Source: an uncultured archaeon
GTDB lineage: Archaea; Iainarchaeota; Iainarchaeia; Iainarchaeales; 0-14-0-20-30-16
DNA: 9,627 nucleotides
Reading direction: 5' to 3'
Assembly: GCA_964565725.1 (NCBI GenBank)
Contig: CAZMGA010000011.1
Location: 3,115 to 12,741, forward strand
Positions 1-5,532 of the stretch are shown one piece after another. The translations under genes were made by a program, and so were the position numbers. The notes under the pieces were generated by a model that saw only the letters and a list, made by a program, of their open reading frames with translations, was not told the origin of the DNA and made no database searches. Positions within the stretch are counted from its first letter, which is position 1; each line of letters opens with the position of its first letter.

Positions 1-2
1 TA

Positions 3-701
3 TTAATTACAAAGGATTTTGCAGAAAAATATAACAAAGGAATAGGTTCCAGTATAAAAATTAATGAAGAAAAATTTACTATTATAGGTATATTTGAAGT
101 TAAATCTAGTTTTTTAACTAATTTAATTATTATGGATATAGATGATATGCAAAGTGCTTTTGATATGGATAAAAGTAAAGTGAGTAGTTTTTATGTATTA
201 CCAAATAATATGTCTCAGTCTGAAAATATTGCAAAAAAAATAGAATTTAAATTTGAAGATTTGGAAGCTTCTACTCAACAAGAATCAGCTCAACAATTAG
301 GAGATGTATTAGGAAATTTAAAATTAATGGTTTGGGTAGTATCATTAATTGCCGCAATTGTTGCAGGTGTTGGAATAATAAATACTATGTTAATGTCTGT
401 TATGGAAAGAACAAAAGAAATTGGTACTTTAAAAGCAGTTGGTTGGACTGATTCTAATGTTATGTTAATGATTTTATTTGAATCTATTTTTGTAGGTTTA
501 ATGGGTGGAATATTAGGAATAATATTTGGTTATATTTGTAGTTATATTGTATTTTTAATTTCTGGACTAGTTACAACAGTAACAATTACAACAGTATTAC
601 AAAGTTTTTTATTTGCATTTATAATTGGAATAATAGGTGGATTATATCCCGCACGAATTGCTAGTAAATTAGACCCTATTGAAGCATTAAGAAGTGAATA
701 A
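3..701 (+). CDS. ABC transporter permease, FtsX/MacB-LolCE type (5' end cut by window edge)
   Basis: The frame of ORF 132..701 stays open back to nt 3 (LITKDFAEKYNKGIGSSIKINEEKFTIIGIFEV..., resembling the end of a MacB-like extracytoplasmic domain), so the Met at 132 is internal. The C-terminal part has an FtsX-domain layout: a TM helix, 'MERTKEIGTLKAVGW', two more TM helices and a terminal 'GGLYPARIASKLDPIEALR'. Stop TAA at 699-701. Confidence 0.9.
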   Translation, partial: LITKDFAEKYNKGIGSSIKINEEKFTIIGIFEVKSSFLTNLIIMDIDDMQSAFDMDKSKVSSFYVLPNNMSQSENIAKKIEFKFEDLEASTQQESAQQLGDVLGNLKLMVWVVSLIAAIVAGVGIINTMLMSVMERTKEIGTLKAVGWTDSNVMLMILFESIFVGLMGGILGIIFGYICSYIVFLISGLVTTVTITTVLQSFLFAFIIGIIGGLYPARIASKLDPIEALRSE

Positions 702-1328
702 TTAAGTATATTTAGTAATTATTTTATAAAAAGTAATTCTTTCTTCTAATTTGTTTTTTCTACTTTGTAAAGTTATTATTTTCTTTTCAGAAATTTCTTT
801 TTGTAAATTATTTTTTTTAATTATTTTATCTCCTAAACTTGAGTTTTTATAAATAATTGAATTATTTATTGTTTCCAATAAATTATTTCTATAATCTTTA
901 TTATCCATGAATGTAGAAATTATTTTTTCTATACCTTTATCATTAATGTAATCTATAGGTAAATTTATTTTTTCAAAGTCTTCTTTATATTTTTTATCAA
1001 AGCTTTCTTTTATTTTGTGTTTCCAAAAAGTTTTATTTAAATATTTTTTCCTTTTTCCATTTTCTAAGAAGTTTTTGGAATCGTTTTGCATACCTATCCA
1101 ATAATCTAATTTGTCTTTTATTTTAGTATATTCTGCTTTTATAGTATTAACTTCTTTTTTAATTATGTCTTTTGAAGGATATATAAATTTTAATTCTTGA
1201 TTTTTTTCTGTTTTTATTATCCCTCCTTCTTTTAAATAATTAGATATACTTTGTTTTTCAAATTGAGTAAAAGTTCTTAATTCTTTGTATTCTTTTTCCA
1301 AATCTTCTAAAGTCATAAATAATTGCAT
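702..1328 (-). CDS. hypothetical protein, Lys-rich and helical/coiled-coil, with a possible N-terminal winged-helix-like segment
   Basis: 208-aa ORF that exactly fills the gap between two well-supported genes. I recognise no family motif. The N-terminus 'LRTFTQFEKQSISNYLKEGGIIKTEKNQELKFIY' looks loosely like a helix-turn-helix plus wing. There is no SD, and a TATA-like TTTTAAAT lies about 27 nt upstream, which fits a leaderless start (alternative Met at 1316). Confidence 0.55.
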   Translation of the reverse strand: MQLFMTLEDLEKEYKELRTFTQFEKQSISNYLKEGGIIKTEKNQELKFIYPSKDIIKKEVNTIKAEYTKIKDKLDYWIGMQNDSKNFLENGKRKKYLNKTFWKHKIKESFDKKYKEDFEKINLPIDYINDKGIEKIISTFMDNKDYRNNLLETINNSIIYKNSSLGDKIIKKNNLQKEISEKKIITLQSRKNKLEERITFYKIITKYT

Positions 1329-1401
1329 ATATTACAAAAAGAACGTTATGCTTTTAAATGTATATTCTATAAATATATATAAACATATAAGGAGTGAAAT
1401 T
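1329..1401. promoter_or_regulatory. divergent promoter region between the 702..1328(-) and 1402..2166(+) genes
   Basis: 73-nt AT-rich spacer. A TATA-like TTTTAAAT (1352-1359) is centred about 27 nt from the minus-strand ATG (1328). It is also about 30 nt upstream of a plausible plus-strand TSS that would include the SD GGAGTG (1391-1396). The assignment rests on archaeal promoter geometry only. Confidence 0.35.
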
Positions 1402-2166
1402 ATGGATACTAAATTAAATATTCTACCTATAATAATAATTTCTGTATTATTTTTAGTTATAGGTTTGTTATTAGCGCCAAAAATAATAAATACCAGTGAA
1501 GTTCCTAATCAAATTATTAATGTTGAAGGAAATTCAAAATTAGATATAATGCCAGATGTGGCAAAAATGAACTTAAATATAGAATACAAAAAACCAACTG
1601 CTGAAGAATCAATGCTTTTAGTTAAAGATAAATATGATGACTTAAACAATTATGTTGTAGATTTAAATATTCCTAATTTAGTTTTAAGTACTAAAAATAT
1701 TTCTGTATATCCTTATTATGATTACAATAAAGAATCAGAAGAAAGTTATCTAAAAGGTTATGTTGCTTCACAAAATTTAGTTTTGGAATTCAAAGATTAT
1801 AATAATGTTAGATTCTTTGATATTTTACAAGATTTATCTAAAAAAGGAATTTTGTTAAATGGTATGAGTTTTGAATTATCAGATGATTTAAAAAATTCAT
1901 CATATAATTTATTATTAGAACAAGCAATTGCAGATGCAAGAGTAAAAGCAAATAATATTGCTATATATACTTTAGTTAAAATAAACAAAAAACCAATATC
2001 TATAAATGTGAATGCTAATTTCGATAGTTATCCTTATTATAACTACAGTTATAAAGCATTAGATTCTACATATGGTGGAGAAGAACAATCTAGAATAACA
2101 TCTAATATTGTGCCTGAAGTACAAACTATAAGTATGGTTGTAGATTTAGGATTTCAATATGAATAA
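1402..2166 (+). CDS. SIMPL/DUF541-domain protein with N-terminal membrane anchor
   Basis: I prefer the ATG at 1402 over the ORF-track start at 1285. It is preceded by SD GGAGTG with a 5-nt spacer, and the 1285 extension overlaps the minus-strand gene and the promoter spacer. After a TM/signal anchor (ILPIIIISVLFLVIGLLLAP) the protein follows the SIMPL pattern: 'INVEGNSKLDIMPDVAKMNLNIE', '...KGYVASQNLVLEFKD...', 'GMSFELSD...LLEQAIADARVKANNIA'. Confidence 0.8.
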   Translation: MDTKLNILPIIIISVLFLVIGLLLAPKIINTSEVPNQIINVEGNSKLDIMPDVAKMNLNIEYKKPTAEESMLLVKDKYDDLNNYVVDLNIPNLVLSTKNISVYPYYDYNKESEESYLKGYVASQNLVLEFKDYNNVRFFDILQDLSKKGILLNGMSFELSDDLKNSSYNLLLEQAIADARVKANNIAIYTLVKINKKPISINVNANFDSYPYYNYSYKALDSTYGGEEQSRITSNIVPEVQTISMVVDLGFQYE

Positions 2167-2182
2167 ATAAAATATAGATATT

Positions 2183-2206
2183 TTGAAAGTTTTAAAAAAC
2201 TTTCAA
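2183..2206. repeat. intergenic inverted repeat TTGAAAGTTTT-AA-AAAACTTTCAA
   Basis: The 11-nt arms at 2183-2193 and 2196-2206 are exact reverse complements. The repeat lies in the 68-nt gap between the SIMPL gene stop (2166) and the next SD (GGAAGTG, about 2222-2228). It could be a transcript-end hairpin or a dyad operator. No strong T-run follows. Confidence 0.4.
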
Positions 2207-2234
2207 TAAATATCATAAAAAGGAAGTGAATTAA

Positions 2235-3317
2235 ATGGCAAAAAAGTCTGATGTTTTATTTGCAATATTAGTTGCAGTATTATTTTTTGGATCTACATTT
2301 TCTGTGTGGCTTTATTCTCAAAGCGACAATTCAGATGAAGGTGTTACAAAAGATATAGAAGACCCTTTAGATAATATAATGTTGAATTATTCAACTGAAA
2401 TTACTGGAAAAGTATTAGAAGTACCTATTGGAGGGGCTTATAGTTTTTTTGCCTATACTAATAATGAAAATATAGTAAATTTAGATTATGCTATTAGAGA
2501 TTTAAATGGTGTAAAAGAAGTAAATAGTAGAATTGAAGTTAGTGATGATAATACTATAGGACAATATATTTATGTTGCATATATTTTAACTGATGATTTA
2601 AATACTTTGATTTTAGATTCAAAACTAAAAGATATTAATGGTTTTTTAGATTTTTATTTATATCCTTATGTAAAAGTAGAATATAATTCTGATTTGGTTT
2701 TTTATAATCTTGACTTAAATGAGTCAAAAAATTATTCTTTGGGTGGAAATGAAATTACTTTATTAGGGGATTCTACAGTTCTTGTAGGAGATGTTTTAAA
2801 TTTTCGTATTGATGCTAATTTCTCTGGAAATGTTTTAAAAAATTATAATGCATATTTAGTAGAAAATTTAAGTTTGTATTCTCAAAAACAAACATATTTA
2901 TTAAACAAATTAAATTCAAAAGGTTATAATAAAATTATTTATGGAAATTATTTAAAGGAAGATTTTAACTTTTTAAATTTAGATTTTAACTTTTTAAAAA
3001 ACGATTCTAATACAATTTGTAAATTGTCTTTTGATAATGATATAAATGTATTATATATAGAAAATGAATTGAAAGATTATAATAGTATTGAAATGTTGAT
3101 GAATGTTGATACTTATATTTATGATTTAAATATAAATAATAAAAACTATATTATAGATAAAAATATTGAAGTTTATGAAGAAGATTTAGATTTAGGATTA
3201 ATGCCTGGTTTAAGTTATAAGAAATATAATAATGAAGATGTGAATTTAGAAATAAATTCTATATTTTCAAGAGATGAATTTATGTATGTAAATAATATAA
3301 TTTATAGAGGTAATTAA
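2235..3317 (+). CDS. hypothetical signal-anchored, probably extracellular Asn/Asp/Tyr-rich protein
   Basis: 360-aa ORF with SD GGAAGTG upstream. It has an N-terminal hydrophobic anchor (VLFAILVAVLFFGSTFSVWLY) and then a non-hydrophobic, apparently beta-rich sequence with many N-x-S/T sequons. I recognise no family motif. Confidence 0.7.
   Translation: MAKKSDVLFAILVAVLFFGSTFSVWLYSQSDNSDEGVTKDIEDPLDNIMLNYSTEITGKVLEVPIGGAYSFFAYTNNENIVNLDYAIRDLNGVKEVNSRIEVSDDNTIGQYIYVAYILTDDLNTLILDSKLKDINGFLDFYLYPYVKVEYNSDLVFYNLDLNESKNYSLGGNEITLLGDSTVLVGDVLNFRIDANFSGNVLKNYNAYLVENLSLYSQKQTYLLNKLNSKGYNKIIYGNYLKEDFNFLNLDFNFLKNDSNTICKLSFDNDINVLYIENELKDYNSIEMLMNVDTYIYDLNINNKNYIIDKNIEVYEEDLDLGLMPGLSYKKYNNEDVNLEINSIFSRDEFMYVNNIIYRGN
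2961..2998 (+). repeat. in-frame 21-nt-period tandem duplication inside the 360-aa gene
   Basis: GATTTTAACTTTTTAAA occurs at 2961-2977 and again at 2982-2998. It encodes DFNFLNL/DFNFLKN. Confidence 0.8.
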
Positions 3318-3319
3318 TT

Positions 3320-3652
3320 ATGTTTCCAAATATGAATCCTGCACAAATGCAAAAAATGATGTCTCAATTAGGTATAAAAACAAATGAATTAAATGTTGAA
3401 AAAGTAATTTTACAATTAAAAGATGGTAAAATATTACAAATTGATAATCCACAAGTTACTAAAATGATAATTCAAGGTACTGATACTTATCAAGTAATTG
3501 GTTCTGCTGTAGAAGTTGAAGAAAAAATTAGTGAAGAAGACATAAATTTAGTTTCAGAACAAGCTAATTGTTCAAAAGAAATTGCAGAAAAAACATTAAA
3601 AGAAACTGATGGAGATATTGCTGAAGCAATAATGAAATTAAAGAAGATTTAA
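3320..3652 (+). CDS. nac: nascent polypeptide-associated complex protein (archaeal NAC; NAC domain plus C-terminal UBA)
   Basis: 'NPAQMQKMMSQLGIKTNEL..VEKVILQLKDGKILQIDNPQVTKMIIQGTDTYQVIG' is the archaeal NAC-domain pattern. 'SEEDINLVSEQANCSKEIAEKTLKETDGDIAEAIMKL' is the UBA tail. SD GAGGTAAT (3307-3314) lies inside the end of the upstream gene, 2 nt after whose stop this gene starts. Confidence 0.92.
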   Translation: MFPNMNPAQMQKMMSQLGIKTNELNVEKVILQLKDGKILQIDNPQVTKMIIQGTDTYQVIGSAVEVEEKISEEDINLVSEQANCSKEIAEKTLKETDGDIAEAIMKLKKI

Positions 3653-4642
3653 TTAAGATAATCTTTGATATCTATAAATAAATTCATCTATTGTTAAAAT
3701 ACTATTTTCTAGAGCTAATTTTTCACCTATTTTTATACCTTCAATATATTTATCTCCTAATTTCTTTCCATTAAGAGTATAATCTATAGACTTCCCAGAC
3801 AATTTATATTCTATATATGTAGATAATGCTTGAACAAATGTTTCGTTTTCAGATAGTTTAATATATTTTGGTTTTGTTTCTAATGTTCTGTGAATATATT
3901 CGTGTATAATCGTGGATTTATCATTTAAGAATAAATATATTTTATTAAAATGAAATAATCCATATTCTTTTGTTTTAAATAAAGAAATTAAATTTTCAAG
4001 AGAAAATTTTGAATTTATAGATTGTATTCTTTGTAATAATTGTATGGGATTTTCTTCAAAATAGAATCGATCTACAAAAAATAAATTAAATGGATCTTTT
4101 ATTTTTCTTATAACTAAATCTAAATTTACATTGTTAAAAAACCCCATTTTTATTAGAATACTGTCTGCCTCTATACATGTTGATTTTGCAAAATCATAAT
4201 CTATTTTAAATATCTCGTTAATTTTTTGATACTCTTCAGGAGTAAGTTTTTTTCTTATTTTTTCTAATTGTAATCTTATTTCTTTTAATAATTTATTATG
4301 TAATAATTTATCAAAATTTGTAGATAAATTCTCTAAAATCTTTTTGTATTGTTTTAAGTTTTTAATATTTTTTGTTATTTCATATAATATTCTTTTTTTA
4401 TTTTTTTCAATAATCTTTAATATTTTTATAGGATCTGTGTCTATATTAATTTCTTTTAATACTTGCGCAATTGTTGTTTTTATTTTATATGTTAATAATA
4501 TTTTTAATGTTATGTGATCGGTTGTTACTATGTTTTTTTTAGTTAACATTTCTTTTGATTTTTTAATTCTTTCAAGATGTTCCTCTTTATGTTTTTTAAT
4601 ATATTCTGGAGTAAATCTTGATTTTTGTTTTGGTTTAAACAT
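3653..4642 (-). CDS. hypothetical protein with a C-terminal HExxH (MA-clan-like) zinc-metallopeptidase motif and a long basic helical N-terminal region
   Basis: 329-aa ORF. Its ATG (4640-4642) directly abuts the TAG of the upstream gene (TAGATG). 'IIHEYIHRT' (HEYIH encoded at 3890-3904, checked on the DNA) is followed by 'LSENETFVQALSTYIEY', which resembles the downstream Glu/helix block of gluzincin or 'peptidase MA-like' domains. Residues 1-160 are Lys-rich and helical. Confidence 0.65.
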   Translation of the reverse strand: MFKPKQKSRFTPEYIKKHKEEHLERIKKSKEMLTKKNIVTTDHITLKILLTYKIKTTIAQVLKEINIDTDPIKILKIIEKNKKRILYEITKNIKNLKQYKKILENLSTNFDKLLHNKLLKEIRLQLEKIRKKLTPEEYQKINEIFKIDYDFAKSTCIEADSILIKMGFFNNVNLDLVIRKIKDPFNLFFVDRFYFEENPIQLLQRIQSINSKFSLENLISLFKTKEYGLFHFNKIYLFLNDKSTIIHEYIHRTLETKPKYIKLSENETFVQALSTYIEYKLSGKSIDYTLNGKKLGDKYIEGIKIGEKLALENSILTIDEFIYRYQRLS

Positions 4643-5074
4643 CTAATCACTATAAATACTTTCAATTGCTTTATTAAATATTATTAGTAAAATATATATT
4701 TCATCTTCTGTTAAAGATATTTGAATTGAATTTAAAGTGTTGTCTTTTCCTTGTTGGTTTATTTTTATAATATATCCAAAATTATTTTTAGATATTTTTA
4801 AAACAGCATTTTTTACTACTGTTTCATTAATAGATTTGTTAGGATCATGAAATAATTGTAATTCATTTTTTTGTTCTTTAAAAGTAATGCAAATTTTTGC
4901 ACAATCTTGTGCACTTAATTTAAATATTTGTTTATTTGCCCAATCAAATTTCTTTTCTTCTATTTGTTTTGCAAATTCTAAAAATAAACTTTTCTTTTCT
5001 TTATTGAAATCTACGCTTAATGCAGAACCTGTTTTAGAATTATTTGGTTTATAAATTACATAATTATTTTTCAT
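4643..5074 (-). CDS. Whirly-like (Whirly/PUR-alpha-fold) single-stranded nucleic-acid-binding protein
   Basis: I prefer the ATG at 5072-5074, preceded by an SD-like AGTGA with a 5-nt spacer. The ORF track instead starts at the GTG at 5083, which overlaps the upstream TAG by 1 nt. Blocks 'YKPNNSKTGSALSV', 'FLEFAKQ...KKFDWANKQIFKLSAQDCAKI', 'LQLFHDPNK', 'VLKISKNNFGYIIKINQ' and 'ISLTEDEIYILLIIFNKAI' are colinear with the conserved blocks of plant Whirly proteins as I remember them. Confidence 0.6.
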   Translation of the reverse strand: MKNNYVIYKPNNSKTGSALSVDFNKEKKSLFLEFAKQIEEKKFDWANKQIFKLSAQDCAKICITFKEQKNELQLFHDPNKSINETVVKNAVLKISKNNFGYIIKINQQGKDNTLNSIQISLTEDEIYILLIIFNKAIESIYSD

Positions 5075-5082
5075 ATTTGTCA

Positions 5083-5520
5083 CTAAATCATATTATTTTT
5101 TAACTTTAATTTTTTAACCATTAATTCTGGATTATCAATTTCTTTGATTACATTATATTTTGGTATAATTTGAAAATATATGTGTTCGTCTTTTTTTGTT
5201 TTGTGTATTACTTCAAAGCTTTCTGGGCTAAAACTAATTTTTAATAATTTAATTGCTCTTTTTATTAATAACATCATATCTTTGTCTTCATCTTTATTTA
5301 ATTCTGTTATATCTGTAATGTGTCTTTTTGGAGCTACCAATAAATGACCATAACTTAAAGGATTTTTTTTTGCAATTATATAAGCTGTATTTCCTACATG
5401 AATTATTAATTTTTGTTTTTCAGTATAATTACAAAAGTAGCAATTTGTTTTTTTATTTTCTTTATTTTTATTTTTCTTTTCATTCAAACTTTGTAATTGT
5501 GCATAAATTATTTTTGCCAT
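5083..5520 (-). CDS. HIT (histidine triad) superfamily protein with a non-canonical HxYxQ motif
   Basis: SD AGGAGAT (5524-5530) lies in the 12-nt gap after the endA stop. 'CYFCN', '...NTAYIIAKKNPLSYGHLLVAPKRHITDITELNKDE' and '...EHIYFQIIPKY' follow the HIT-family layout (CxxC, GH-hhV-PK-H, then the triad strand). The triad reads H-I-Y-F-Q-I-I instead of H-h-H-h-H-h-h (encoded at 5164-5184, checked on the DNA). Confidence 0.8.
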   Translation of the reverse strand: MAKIIYAQLQSLNEKKNKNKENKKTNCYFCNYTEKQKLIIHVGNTAYIIAKKNPLSYGHLLVAPKRHITDITELNKDEDKDMMLLIKRAIKLLKISFSPESFEVIHKTKKDEHIYFQIIPKYNVIKEIDNPELMVKKLKLKNNMI

Positions 5521-5532
5521 AATATCTCCTTT

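Noticed and set aside
233-240. Homopolymeric A8 runs inside coding regions (233-240 in the permease, 6361-6368 in the CBS gene) as possible slippage or phase-variation sites
   Set aside because: Runs of this length are expected from Lys (AAA) codon usage at this base composition. Both are in frame in intact ORFs, and nothing here suggests frameshifted variants.
1285-1401. Upstream extension of the SIMPL gene to the ATG at 1285, as in the ORF track
   Set aside because: The extension overlaps the start of the minus-strand gene (to 1328) and the whole promoter spacer. It encodes a non-hydrophobic junk-like peptide before the real signal anchor. The ATG at 1402 has a proper SD (GGAGTG).
1797-1988. 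63-aa minus-strand ORF inside the SIMPL gene
   Set aside because: It is fully nested antisense to a gene with a clear family signature. The product is low-complexity and hydrophobic, with no SD or promoter. Such ORFs are expected by chance in AT-rich DNA.
3320-3652. NAC gene as part of a surface-protein operon with functional meaning
   Set aside because: The 2-nt spacing to the upstream gene most likely reflects genome compaction. NAC is a cytosolic ribosome-associated housekeeping factor, and I see no basis for a functional link.
5075-5083. GTG at 5083 as the start of the Whirly-like gene
   Set aside because: It remains possible, since it would overlap the HIT TAG by 1 nt. However, the ATG at 5072-5074 is preceded by an SD-like AGTGA at suitable spacing, and no other gene in this window needs a non-ATG start. 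I kept it as an alternative rather than the primary call.
5328-5522. 64-aa plus-strand ORF antisense to the HIT gene
   Set aside because: It is nested antisense to a well-supported CDS. The Phe/Leu/Tyr-rich product is typical of the reverse complement of Lys/Asn/Glu-rich coding sequence.
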